Origin: Methanoregula sp. UBA276
GTDB taxonomy: Archaea; Halobacteriota; Methanomicrobia; Methanomicrobiales; Methanospirillaceae
Assembly (NCBI GenBank): GCA_002508495.1
Contig: DANA01000116.1
Span: 1 to 44,696 of the forward strand
Length of the DNA stretch: 44,696 nucleotides
Reading direction: 5' to 3'
Numbering within the stretch: position 1 is the stretch's first letter; every line of letters begins with the position of its first letter. A program made the translations under genes and the position numbers. Below are positions 19,394 to 29,220 of the stretch, in pieces. Under the pieces are notes generated by a model. That model was not told the DNA's origin, did not search any database, and saw only the letters and a list, made by a program, of their open reading frames with translations.

Positions 19394-20243
19394 TTTGGAG
19401 AAATCATTTGAAGTAATGATGGGGGCAACCTGCCCCCATACCCTCTTTACGATGCTTTCCCCCGCACCCGTTTGGACGGCCTTAATCCGGTTCCATAGAG
19501 AAAAAGGATGCTCTGGAAAAAAGGACATGAACCGTTTTAGTTCACACCCAAAGTATGAAAATGCCCTTGAAATTATGAGCATCCCCACCCCCTTCGGGGG
19601 TCGCTCGGGCGCCTCGTCGGGCCCTCGCTGGGCAGATCAGTTGATTCGCGTTCACGTCTTAACGCATGGTTCGGGGCATTTTCTTGGGAAACCTTGATAA
19701 GTAATGATGTGAGTAAACTGCCGCCACCCCCGCGGCGGCCTCAATTTCAGTTTTATAAAAAAAATGTCGGAGTGTCCCGAACCGGTAATACGGAGGCATC
19801 GCAAGCACCCCCGCCCCCTTGGGGGCAGGGTTGGCGAGAAGGGTGGTACCATTTTTCTGGAATGATGGTTTCCCATGAAAAACACGAAATGCACGGATGA
19901 TGAATGCTGATTCCTCCATACTCCCATTGTGATGAACGGCCGCCGCCCCGGAGGACGCCCCGCGGCGGCTTCAATTCGGTTTTAGGATTACTCTTTAAAA
20001 AAACACGAAAATGATATAAAGGCGGGGACAAACTACCCTCATACACCCAGTTGTTATGACCGGCGGCCGACAAAAAAGCACGCCTTTTCTACGGCTTTCA
20101 TCACAATTTCTCCTAAACCGGTAATAGCCCCGCCGTGCCTCACGAGGGACTCTGATACGGGGAGCACTCATCTCTATTCATACGATAAGCGGTTTTCATC
20201 CTTTGGAATGAACGTCCGTTCATGTGTGTTTCTCCAGAACAAA
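19394..20243. repeat. Modular intergenic repeat, locus B (modules M, L', N', L'', R, L, Q, N)
   Basis: 19394-19457 matches rc of 37092-37156; 19768-19983 matches rc of 8585-8800; 20125-20243 matches rc of ~36628-36748. Confidence 0.85.
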
Positions 20244-20257
20244 TTATCCTTCCCGTT

Positions 20258-20926
20258 TCACGCTTTTATGGCAATGTTCTCGAACCGTACCGTGAGGTCC
20301 GGGCTCTCCAGAGTGGAGGGGAGTGAGCAGGTGACCATGGAGTCACGGGCGGTATGACCGCCGGCAGGCAGCGTACCGAGATACACCGTGTTCCAGCAGA
20401 TCATTCTGCCGTCAAGATAGAAGTTGGCAGAAACCGTCACCTCGCGTGCGCCGCCGCTCCCGACATTGAATGCCTCCGTGTGCACCAGGAGCCGGACCGG
20501 GTTGGTTGTTGTACTGCCCCGCTCTTCCGGGTATGCCCAGTACCCGTCCACATGAACCTGCGGGATGCCGGAAGGGATGGCCGGCTTTATGGTCGGTGTC
20601 ACGGTGACCGGCAGGGCAGCGGGAGCTTCGTTGAGCTGGACCGGGAGCGTGACGGTGCTTCCCGCGGTGACCGTGACTGGCACAGACCTTGGAGTATACC
20701 CGGTGAGACGGACCTCAACATAGTGATCGCCCGCTATGACCGAAGAGATGCTGACCGGTGTTGTACCGCGGAATTCATTGTCCAGGTAGACCTCCGCACC
20801 GGATGGCGATGAGGTGACCTGGATGCTGCCGGTCTCCGGCACCGGTGTGGGTGCGGTACAGCCGGCAAAAAGGATAGCAAGGATGACAATAATGATGGTT
20901 ACGGGCAGGAATGGTTTCTGGATCAT
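20258..20926 (-). CDS. PEGA-domain lipoprotein
   Basis: Hydrophobic stretch ending LFAGC (lipobox); SSPSGAEVYLDNEFRGTTP PEGA unit. Confidence 0.87.
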   Translation of the reverse strand: MIQKPFLPVTIIIVILAILFAGCTAPTPVPETGSIQVTSSPSGAEVYLDNEFRGTTPVSISSVIAGDHYVEVRLTGYTPRSVPVTVTAGSTVTLPVQLNEAPAALPVTVTPTIKPAIPSGIPQVHVDGYWAYPEERGSTTTNPVRLLVHTEAFNVGSGGAREVTVSANFYLDGRMICWNTVYLGTLPAGGHTARDSMVTCSLPSTLESPDLTVRFENIAIKA

Positions 20927-21128
20927 AGATGATATTCTTGTAGTGGGGCCGGGGGTCAAATCCTTTGTGCCATACTCCACGGCCGGACCCTGCTGGTTAT
21001 TTCCCAACTCTGGCAATCTGGTTGCCGGGTTTTTTCTTTGTCAGCAGTGGCTTTCAGGTACGGATTCATGGGCCCCTCGGCATTTTCGTTTACCGAAGTG
21101 CTTCCTGCCACAATAACGGGAGGGGAAA

Positions 21129-21464
21129 TTACCGCTCGTTCTCGTACAATTCCGGCAGGAATTTTACAATCCGCTCGTGATCCAGCAAAAAAGATTTTTC
21201 GTACCGGCTGCATATCTCCTGAACATAGAAGACGGCAAATTCTTCCGGTACCGGCATGAACCGGTCTTCTTCTCCAGAAACCACAGACCATTCATGGACC
21301 AGGTACCGGAATTCCCTGCCGGAAAGGGCCAGAACATAGAGATCTATGCCGTGACCAACCAGAATATTGTCATCAGTTTTGTGCCGTGGGGAAAGGATGA
21401 GCGGCACGCTTCCTTTCAGGATGAGCGGGGGATTTCCGGAATCCGGTATTTCGGGAGACGGCAT
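21129..21464 (-). CDS. Hypothetical protein
   Basis: 111-aa ORF with globular composition, co-oriented with neighbours; no recognised motif. Confidence 0.55.
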   Translation of the reverse strand: MPSPEIPDSGNPPLILKGSVPLILSPRHKTDDNILVGHGIDLYVLALSGREFRYLVHEWSVVSGEEDRFMPVPEEFAVFYVQEICSRYEKSFLLDHERIVKFLPELYENER

Positions 21465-21526
21465 CGTATCATCTGCCTATCACATCCAACCCGATATTTT
21501 ATTGCTAAAAATATAAAACTATTTTC

Positions 21527-22060
21527 TTAGGATTTTCCCGGTTTGTTTCCGGATTTTCTCATCGGCGTTCTGGTCAGTTTGATAATCCTGCTGACAACGT
21601 TTTCGGTGGTTTTTCCGGAAACGTCAATGGTGCAATCAGCGTATGTCTGGTACAGGGGGATCCTCTCGTCATACATTTCCCGGAGCCCCTGGCCGGCGTT
21701 GAGGACGATCCCCCGGTTCGTGATATTTTTAAGCCGTTCTGCCATCCCGTCAAATGGAATGAACAGGTAGACCATAGTACCAATGTTCCGGAGGTGTTTC
21801 ATCGCCGTTTTGCTGTATACTACGCTTCCCCCCGTTGCAATCACGGCCCGGTGCGGGTGAAGGGAAAGGATGGTCCGCTCTTCAATTTCCAAGAACATAC
21901 GCGGGCCGTCCTGGTCAATGATCTCCTGCAGGAGCCTGCCGGTTTCCTCCTGGATTTGGATATCGGTATCGATGAACCTCCTGCCAAGAGCTTTTGCCAA
22001 CAGGATGCCGGCAGTGCTCTTGCCGGAGCCCGGCATGCCGATGAGGACGATGTTTTTCAT
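21527..22060 (-). CDS. aroK: Shikimate kinase (bacterial AroK-type, P-loop)
   Basis: NIVLIGMPGSGKST, FIDTD, VIATGGS, ERIPLY. Confidence 0.9.
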   Translation of the reverse strand: MKNIVLIGMPGSGKSTAGILLAKALGRRFIDTDIQIQEETGRLLQEIIDQDGPRMFLEIEERTILSLHPHRAVIATGGSVVYSKTAMKHLRNIGTMVYLFIPFDGMAERLKNITNRGIVLNAGQGLREMYDERIPLYQTYADCTIDVSGKTTENVVSRIIKLTRTPMRKSGNKPGKS

Positions 22061-22264
22061 GAGGGATCTCTCCTGTACCGTAATCGTTCACCGGATGTAA
22101 TAATTACCCGTGTTCCCGGGGTCTTATCTCGTAATTCCGCGTTCATAGGGTCAGCTTTCGTCCGGCCCGTCGTCACCAGATTCGCGCTTGCGTATCGTCA
22201 GTTTTCTTTTCCTGAAAAAAAGGCAAATGATGGAAGAAAAAGGTGAAAAATTAGGGTCTGTGGA

Positions 22265-22768
22265 TTATTTCCCGCCCGCCGAGCCCCTGGTCCCGCGGAG
22301 GATCCCGACCGTCCCGGTCCGGACAAACTCCTTGATGCCGTACTGGCGCAGGAGGGTCTCCATGGCATCGATCTTCTCGGTGTCGCCGATGACCTGGAGG
22401 ATGAGCGACCGGGGGCTGACATCAACGATCGCTGCCCGGAAGATCTCTGCAATCTGCATGATCTCGGCACGCGATGTGCCCAGTTCGGCAGTAACCTTGA
22501 TGAGCGCCAGCTCCCGTTCAACGCGGGGGCTGTCGGTCAGGTCCGAGACCTTGATGACATCGATGAGCTTGTTGAGCTGTTTTGTGATCTGCTCGACTTT
22601 GTCATCGTCAGCAATTGCAACAATCGTGATCCGGCTCATGCCCGGCTCTTCGCAGGGGCCAACGGCAAGACTCTCGATGTTGAACCCCCGGCGGGAGAAG
22701 AGCCCTGAGACCCGGGAGAGGACACCGGCCTTGTTCTCGACCAGGATGGAGAGCGTGTGCGGCTTCAT
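22265..22768 (-). CDS. ilvN: Acetolactate synthase small (regulatory) subunit
   Basis: LVENKAGVLSRVSGLFSRRGFNIESL ACT domain, KQLNKLIDVIKV, RELALIKV. Confidence 0.97.
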   Translation of the reverse strand: MKPHTLSILVENKAGVLSRVSGLFSRRGFNIESLAVGPCEEPGMSRITIVAIADDDKVEQITKQLNKLIDVIKVSDLTDSPRVERELALIKVTAELGTSRAEIMQIAEIFRAAIVDVSPRSLILQVIGDTEKIDAMETLLRQYGIKEFVRTGTVGILRGTRGSAGGK

Positions 22769-24438
22769 CGCGGGTGCCCCCCGATCATCTCGTTGATTGC
22801 AGCACCGGCCGGCACCATCGGGAAGACATTCTCCTCCCGCTCGACCCGGAAATCGATGACAAAGGGCCCGTCACAGTCAAGCGATGCCTGCAGGGCTGAT
22901 TTCACATCATCCGGTGATTCAACTTTCATGCCTTCGATGCCGTACGCGTTGGCGATCTTCACGAACTCGACCGGCGGGAGTTCCGTGTAGGAGTACCGGC
23001 GGTCGTAGAAGAGTTCCTGCCACTGCCGGACCATGCCGAGATACTGGTTGTTCAGGATCGCGATCTTGACCGGGATCTTCTCGGCAGCGATGGTACCGAA
23101 CTCCTGGATATTCATCTGGATACTCCCGTCACCGGCAACATCGAAGACCGGAAGATCCGGCCGCGCGAAATGAGCACCCATCGCTGCCGGCAGGCCATAG
23201 CCCATCGTCCCAAGCCCGCCGCTCGTGATCCATGTACGGGGGTTTTTAAAGCAGAAGTGCTGGGCAGACCACATCTGGTTCTGCCCCACCTCCGAGACGA
23301 TGATGGCGTCGCCCTGCAAAAGGTCGCTCATCTGCCGGATGATGTACTGCGGGTGGAGCCGGCCGTCATCCGGGCACTGGAGCGGGTGGTGCTGCCGCCA
23401 GTGCCGGATCTTTTTGATCCAGGCATCATGACCCGGGCTCTTCTTCATGCAGGTGATCATGTCCGCGAGCACGGCTTTTGTGTCCCCGACAATCGGGACA
23501 TCGACCCGCTTGTTCTTGCCGATCTCGGCCGGGTCAACGTCGATGTGGATGATCTTTGCGTTTGCCGCAAAGGTCTCGGTCTTGCCGGTGACCCGGTCAT
23601 CGAAGCGGACCCCGATTGCGAGGAGAAGGTCGCATTCGGTGATGGCAAAGTTTGCATATTCCGTTCCATGCATCCCGAGCATGCCGAGGTTCAGCGGATG
23701 GTCGCCGGGTATCGCGCCAAGCCCCATCAGGGTCGTTGTCACCGGGATGCCGAGTTCGGTTGCGATACGGACCAGCTCTGCTGAGGCATTGGAGAGGATG
23801 ACCCCGCCACCGGCATAGATGACCGGGCGCTCCGCTTCTGCTATGAGCTGGAGGGATTTCTGGATCTGCCGCTTGTGCCCGTGGTAGGTCGGGTTATAAC
23901 CCCGGAGTTCGACTTTCTCCGGTACCGGGACATCCTTGACCGAGGTCGTGCTCACATCCTTGGGAATATCGACAAGGACCGGCCCGGGCCGGCCGGTACC
24001 GGCGATGTAGAATGCCTCCTGGATTGTCCGGCTTAAGTCGGCAGTCTTTTTGACCAGGTAGTTATGCTTGGTTATCGGAAGCGTGATTCCGGTGATATCG
24101 GATTCCTGGAACGCGTCGTTGCCGAGCAAATTGGTCGGTACCTGCCCGGTCAGGGCGACTAACGGGATAGAATCCATGTACGCGGTTGCAATACCGGTAA
24201 CAAGGTTGCATGCGCCAGGGCCGCTCGTTGCGAGGCATACGCCGACACGACCGCTCGCTCGCGCATAGCCATCGGCAGCATGCGCGGCAGCCTGTTCGTG
24301 CCGTACGAGAATGTGCCGAAGTGACGAGTCATAGAGTTCATCATAGATCGGCAGCACTACACCGCCCGGGTACCCGAAGATGATCTCGGTCCCTTCGCGC
24401 TGCAGTGATTCAACGAGGATTTTTGCCCCGGTCTTCAT
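22765..24438 (-). CDS. ilvB: Acetolactate synthase large subunit, biosynthetic
   Basis: FGYPGG, RHEQAAAHAADGYAR, TSGPGACN, GDGSIQMNIQE TPP motif. Confidence 0.97.
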   Translation of the reverse strand: MKTGAKILVESLQREGTEIIFGYPGGVVLPIYDELYDSSLRHILVRHEQAAAHAADGYARASGRVGVCLATSGPGACNLVTGIATAYMDSIPLVALTGQVPTNLLGNDAFQESDITGITLPITKHNYLVKKTADLSRTIQEAFYIAGTGRPGPVLVDIPKDVSTTSVKDVPVPEKVELRGYNPTYHGHKRQIQKSLQLIAEAERPVIYAGGGVILSNASAELVRIATELGIPVTTTLMGLGAIPGDHPLNLGMLGMHGTEYANFAITECDLLLAIGVRFDDRVTGKTETFAANAKIIHIDVDPAEIGKNKRVDVPIVGDTKAVLADMITCMKKSPGHDAWIKKIRHWRQHHPLQCPDDGRLHPQYIIRQMSDLLQGDAIIVSEVGQNQMWSAQHFCFKNPRTWITSGGLGTMGYGLPAAMGAHFARPDLPVFDVAGDGSIQMNIQEFGTIAAEKIPVKIAILNNQYLGMVRQWQELFYDRRYSYTELPPVEFVKIANAYGIEGMKVESPDDVKSALQASLDCDGPFVIDFRVEREENVFPMVPAGAAINEMIGGHPR

Positions 24439-25925
24439 GTTCTTTCCTCAAGTAGTCTGTTCATGCCGGCGATCATCGCCTCGACACTTGCCATAATGAT
24501 GTCGGTGCGCGCGCCGCGTGAAGTAATTATCTTCCCGTCTTTACTTAATCTTACTGTAACTTCGACCAGCGCGTCGGTGCCGCCCCGGATCGCGTCGACA
24601 TGGTACTCTTCGAGCCGGATGTCAGCAACATCTGCAACGCATTTGCGAAGGACTGCCATTGCCGCATCAACCGGGCCGTCCCCGGTTGCCGCACCAGTCA
24701 TCTCCACGCCATTAACTTCGAGCGTGACCGAGGCCGTCGGGATCATGTGGCTGCCGGAGGTTGCCGTGAACTGGCGCATCTTGATCAAGGGTTTGCACTT
24801 GATCGCAAGGACTGCATCGGCAACTGCCATGAGGTCGGTATCGGTGATGCGTTTGCCCTCGTCCCCCATCGTTTTGATTCGTTTGACGATCTCGTTGAGC
24901 TGGACCTCTTCAACATGGTAGTGCATCTCGGTAAGGGCGGCTTCGACCGATGCGGATCCGGAATGTTTCCCGAGCACGATCCGCCGTTTTCTCCCTACCA
25001 TCTCCGGCGAGATGGATTCGTAGGTCGCCGGTTCCCGCATCACGCCGTGGGCATGGATCCCGCTCTCGTGCGTGAAGGCCATCTCGCCCACAACCGCCTT
25101 GTTGATGGGGAGCGGAACGCCAGTGTGACGCGATACCAGGGTTGCAAGGTGGAAGATCTCCTCTTTTTTGATCCGGGTACGGTACCCGTAGAGGATTTCC
25201 AGGGCCATCACCACCTCTTCAAACGGTGTGTTGCCGGCCCGTTCCCCCAGACCATTGACGGTCACGTGGGCACAGGAAGCCCCGGCTTTGAGGGCAGCCA
25301 TGGTGCTTGCCAGTGCAAACCCGAGGTCGTCATGGCAGTGAATGGAGAGGGGCGCGATTTTTGCAAGCGGCGGGATATACGCTGCTGCCTTCTCCGGTGT
25401 CAGGAGCCCCACGGTGTCGCAGAAACAGAGCCGGTCAGCGCCGCGCTTCACCCCTTCACAAAAGAGTTCCCGCAGGAACTGCTGGTCGGCACGGCTCGCG
25501 TCTTCACCGGAGAGTTCGACTATGAGCCCCCGGCTCTTCGCGTACTCGACCGCGTCATATGCCATTGCGGCAACCTGTTCCCGCGATTTGCGGAGTTTCT
25601 TTGCAATGTGCAGGTCGCTTACCGGTATAACGAGATGGACGGAATCTGCCCCCAGGTCTGCGGCGTAATCGATGTCACCCCGTAGTGCCCTGACATAGGT
25701 GCAGATCTCGGCACCGAGCCCGGCATCTGCGATACAGCGGATAGCCTCGCGTTCACCAACAGACGCAGCAGCGGACCCGGCCTCGATGACATCGACACCT
25801 ACGGCCGCAAGTTTTGCCGCAATTTCAAGTTTCTGTTCAGGGTTTAACGATACGCCCGGAGTCTGTTCCCCGTCCCGTAACGTTGTATCTAAAAATCGCA
25901 GGTTATTGACAAATAAAGCACTCAC
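24435..25925 (-). CDS. cimA: (R)-citramalate synthase / 2-isopropylmalate synthase family (DRE-TIM + LeuA regulatory domain)
   Basis: DTTLRDGEQTPG, HCHDDLG, GERAGN, HESGIH, GDGPVDA; the CimA versus LeuA call is inferred from linkage to ilvBN. Confidence 0.72.
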   Translation of the reverse strand: MSALFVNNLRFLDTTLRDGEQTPGVSLNPEQKLEIAAKLAAVGVDVIEAGSAAASVGEREAIRCIADAGLGAEICTYVRALRGDIDYAADLGADSVHLVIPVSDLHIAKKLRKSREQVAAMAYDAVEYAKSRGLIVELSGEDASRADQQFLRELFCEGVKRGADRLCFCDTVGLLTPEKAAAYIPPLAKIAPLSIHCHDDLGFALASTMAALKAGASCAHVTVNGLGERAGNTPFEEVVMALEILYGYRTRIKKEEIFHLATLVSRHTGVPLPINKAVVGEMAFTHESGIHAHGVMREPATYESISPEMVGRKRRIVLGKHSGSASVEAALTEMHYHVEEVQLNEIVKRIKTMGDEGKRITDTDLMAVADAVLAIKCKPLIKMRQFTATSGSHMIPTASVTLEVNGVEMTGAATGDGPVDAAMAVLRKCVADVADIRLEEYHVDAIRGGTDALVEVTVRLSKDGKIITSRGARTDIIMASVEAMIAGMNRLLEERT

Positions 25926-26260
25926 TCATGGAATACACCATGGAATACCGTTGGGAAAGAGAATATAAAAAATATTCCTGCACCACATGTGTGGTATTTT
26001 GGGAGGTTTGTTCTGCGTTTTGGGGAGGATGGAGCGGGTGTTCTATTCGTTCGCGACCCCATTTGCGAAGATTATCGGGATCCTATTGATCTAATCATAT
26101 GAAACTTATGTGGGGATGAGCATTAGTTAAAATAGAGAAAAACCGGAAATCCGGACCTTTTTTTAGGATTTGGGAGAGTCATAAGCTATTTGTGTGTTAA
26201 TCAGAAAAAGCAAATTTTTTCTCTGTGGGAATTTATTGTTCAAATTAAAAAAAGTGTCTT

Positions 26261-27016
26261 TCAGATGATTGAGATTAAATCCGAACACGCTTTTTGGATC
26301 TCTCTCGTCTCCATCCGGCCGTATCGTTCCCGTGCAGGATCGATTTCCGGTAGCTGCGGGATGATGGGCTTTAGAAATTCGTAATGTGATAGTTCCCGGC
26401 CAAGAATTTCCGGATCGATGTCGTGTCCCCCGTACTTCGGATCGATGAGGGCGATGAGATCCGCACAATCCTTGATCCATTTCAGTTCCTCGTGCTCTTC
26501 ACTGATAAATGGCAGGCCATGATCGAGCCTGTATCTTCTGTCCCATGCGGCCTTGAGTTTCAATAATACCAGAACCGAACGGTTCGGCACGGCGATTTTT
26601 GCTCCTCCGCGAACCCGCATAATTACTGTATTTCCTTCAAGGATCCCGAAACTGAAAGGGATATCGCGGTGCCCTTCGAAGGGATACGGTGATTCACGGG
26701 AGATGAAATCGAGGATAATCCGCCCGTACGGTGTGGTTTTCAGGACCGTTTTGCCAAACGGGTACAGGACATCGTACGTGTAGCCCTCGTTCCGCTGGAG
26801 GTGATACATCAGGCTGTGGCTTGTCCGGCTGTTGGTGACAAGATCGATATCCACCGATCCAAGGTACCGATTGTATGCGTCCACCGCCCAGCCGCCAATG
26901 AGAACGATAGCCGGCAGGCCCGGTGAATCGTTTCGTGCGCCGGCCCAGGTACCGATCCTGTTCAGTTCCCGGCCGGACAGTTCGACGATTTCGGGGCTTA
27001 TATCATAGACCGGCAT
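26261..27016 (-). CDS. Pol-beta superfamily nucleotidyltransferase, AbiEii-like type IV toxin candidate
   Basis: LIGGWAV, GSVDIDL, LKLKAAWDR, KDCADL motifs; overlaps the upstream gene. Confidence 0.75.
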   Translation of the reverse strand: MPVYDISPEIVELSGRELNRIGTWAGARNDSPGLPAIVLIGGWAVDAYNRYLGSVDIDLVTNSRTSHSLMYHLQRNEGYTYDVLYPFGKTVLKTTPYGRIILDFISRESPYPFEGHRDIPFSFGILEGNTVIMRVRGGAKIAVPNRSVLVLLKLKAAWDRRYRLDHGLPFISEEHEELKWIKDCADLIALIDPKYGGHDIDPEILGRELSHYEFLKPIIPQLPEIDPARERYGRMETREIQKACSDLISII

Positions 27017-28010
27017 ACCTGTCCGCCATGGCAATGGTCAGATCCCTTGCCCCGTAGCCAAGCCCGGCCAGATCGAGAAGTGTCTGGGACGGGGATGTGA
27101 TCATAATCGATTCCCGTTCTCTCGCATCGGTGAATACGTCGCGGTCGGGGGTATAGATCACGGCACGGACTGTATTCTCTTTCTGTGTCCCGAAGTTCTC
27201 CTTAAACCGGGCGATGGTCTCTTTCTCGAGATAGAGGGAGACGAGATCCTGCCGTATTGCAAAGGATGTGTAAAGGCCGCCGGCCGTGTAGGTAGTAAAT
27301 GCGAATGGGATTTTCTCATCCCGGAGGGCCCGTGTAATCTCCCGGGCTGCAGCATGGGATCCGGTGAAATCGATGGCGGTCTCCATGGCTTCAAGATTTT
27401 TCATGGGACGCTCCCATGCAATGCCATTGAAAAGATTTTTCATATCGGAAATCGAGACATAGCCTCCTTCTTTTTTCACGACATTCTGCTCGTGCAGGAT
27501 TCCGATGACCCGGTGCGCCCATGCATAGGAAACATTCTCTTTGAGGGCGAGTTGCCGGATTGATGTGCTTTTCTCCATGATGAGGCGGGTTACGATACGC
27601 CAGGATTTCTGCGAACTGATGCGGAACTTGCTGGTCTGGTATTCGCGTCCCGGGGGAGTGCCGACCGACCACGGGATCTTCACGATCCGGATGTCCAGTT
27701 CCCGGGCAAGCATCTCCTCCCGGGCATTGATGGTCTTAACCGCAAGCACGAGCTGCAACGGCTGCCGGCCCGGCTTCTTCTGCCAGAGTTCCCGCTGGAG
27801 GTTCATGCGTGCAATCGTATCGATGGATGGACGTGTCTGTTTTATCTCGACGAAATAGATCCGTCCCCCGCTCTGGAACACGATATCCGGCCTCAGGGGA
27901 AGTGCGGTGTCCAGTGAATCATACAGGGAAGCCAGGTCCACGTCCGCTGTATCCGCCGGGAGGTCCAGCTGCTTCCGGATGAAATCCCCGATATTCTCCT
28001 GCTCCTGCAT
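27003..28010 (-). CDS. AbiEi-like antitoxin/transcriptional regulator (PD-(D/E)XK-like N-term + wHTH + AbiEi C-term)
   Basis: RPDIVF...YFVEIK; SIRQLALKENVSYAWAHRVIGIL HTH; TSPSQTLLDL C-terminal motif. Confidence 0.72.
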   Translation of the reverse strand: MQEQENIGDFIRKQLDLPADTADVDLASLYDSLDTALPLRPDIVFQSGGRIYFVEIKQTRPSIDTIARMNLQRELWQKKPGRQPLQLVLAVKTINAREEMLARELDIRIVKIPWSVGTPPGREYQTSKFRISSQKSWRIVTRLIMEKSTSIRQLALKENVSYAWAHRVIGILHEQNVVKKEGGYVSISDMKNLFNGIAWERPMKNLEAMETAIDFTGSHAAAREITRALRDEKIPFAFTTYTAGGLYTSFAIRQDLVSLYLEKETIARFKENFGTQKENTVRAVIYTPDRDVFTDARERESIMITSPSQTLLDLAGLGYGARDLTIAMADRYAGL

Positions 28011-28012
28011 AA

Positions 28013-28097
28013 TTATCACTTATTGGTGATAACTATTTAAAGGTATCACTGATATGTATCACTGATTGGTGATAGGTTCGGGAGGGTATTAGTGATA
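28013..28097 (-). promoter_or_regulatory. Promoter with repeated TATCAC-N6-GTGATA operators flanking TTTAAATA box
   Basis: IR1 TTATCACTTATTGGTGATAA 28013-28032; IR2 TATCACTGATTGGTGATA 28057-28074; half sites 28044-28054 and 28087-28097; TATA 28034-28041. Confidence 0.75.
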
Positions 28098-28233
28098 GGG
28101 GGTTAGGTGGCAGGGTTTTTTTCATTGTTGGAAGAATTCAGTTTTTTGGCCTTATTCACTAGTAATCTTCATGGTGCTTGATTCCGAAATGATTGTATAC
28201 TGAGAATAATCGGGTTTTCAACCAGTTTCGTTC

Positions 28234-28818
28234 CTACGCTTTTGTCATCCCCCTCTCCACAATCCCGCCAATCAGCCGGTCCACCTGCCGGATCCGTTCG
28301 TTCACCCGTGCACGGGACTCATCATCAAGCCCTTGAAAGTACAGCGGGGGCTCTGCATCCACGATAAGTTTCCCGTCATCATCCATCGCAACCGTCCAGC
28401 AATAGCACCAGACCCGGACTTCGATGATCGGGTCCTCAAGCGTGGGCCGGAGGAGATCTGCGACAACAGGATCGGATAAACTTGCAACCTTGTGGCCGCC
28501 AATCTTTCCCACCTTCAGGCCGTCAAATAATTTGCGCTTTCCATTGAGCTCGACCAGCAGGTGGTCCCGCACTGCAATGGAGAGGTCTTCTCCAGAAGGC
28601 TCGGCAATTTTCCGGATACAATCGAGATCATGATCGATCCAGGAAATCCCTCCGCGGAAGTCATGGCCGATCTCCGCGGCGATGCTCATCGTGAACCGGT
28701 CCTCCGGCGTTTCCGGGTCCGGCACTGCAGTCACGCTGACGCTCACGATCTCGAGCACGCCATCTGAAAGAAGATCCTGCTGTGCTTCCGGTGTCAGTAC
28801 GTCATAGAGTTCTGTCAT
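28234..28818 (-). CDS. Hypothetical protein (194 aa)
   Basis: AGGAGGA RBS before ATG 28818 (MTELYDVL...); the upstream in-frame extension looks non-coding. Confidence 0.7.
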   Translation of the reverse strand: MTELYDVLTPEAQQDLLSDGVLEIVSVSVTAVPDPETPEDRFTMSIAAEIGHDFRGGISWIDHDLDCIRKIAEPSGEDLSIAVRDHLLVELNGKRKLFDGLKVGKIGGHKVASLSDPVVADLLRPTLEDPIIEVRVWCYCWTVAMDDDGKLIVDAEPPLYFQGLDDESRARVNERIRQVDRLIGGIVERGMTKA

Positions 28819-29220
28819 GGTTGTCCTCCTTTGTTGTTCATCGCATCTCCCGGATATTTCTGCCCGTAAATCTCCGGTTTTCGGTTCTTCTGCGCTCCGG
28901 ATCTTTCTGACGCTCTTTTCGGGCAGGTGGTAAATGTGCCCCTCTGCTCCCCCTCGCAGAGATAGCTCCTCGCCGGCGATCCGACCGACGAAACCCTGTC
29001 CAGAATCAGGGTATGGCCCGACTTTTCCACCCATAACTGATCTATACCGGCCGATTTTTGGCAGGCATTCCGGGGAGATACTGCCAGACGGGGCCTGAAA
29101 CGGCCTCCGTCCAAAACCACCGGCCGATTTTTTGACGATTCCGGCCGAAAAAGTGTACCGGGCTTGGTCATCGGAGGCCAAAATGGCCCCGGATGGATAT
29201 CCCTCTCCCGGGTGGGATCT

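Noticed and set aside
19395-19697. Similar small ORFs MEKSFEVMMGA.CPH (19395-19697 and 36850-37155) and ...RQPCPQGGGGACD (8716-8922, 19753-20073, 36926-37249) as a protein family
   Set aside because: Similarity ends at DNA module boundaries and frames and strands differ between copies; they are translations of the non-coding repeat
19394-20243. CRISPR array
   Set aside because: No regularly spaced identical repeats with unique spacers, and no cas genes
28819-29181. N-terminal extension of the 28234-29181 ORF
   Set aside because: Sequence is not protein-like; a strong AGGAGGA RBS precedes ATG 28818
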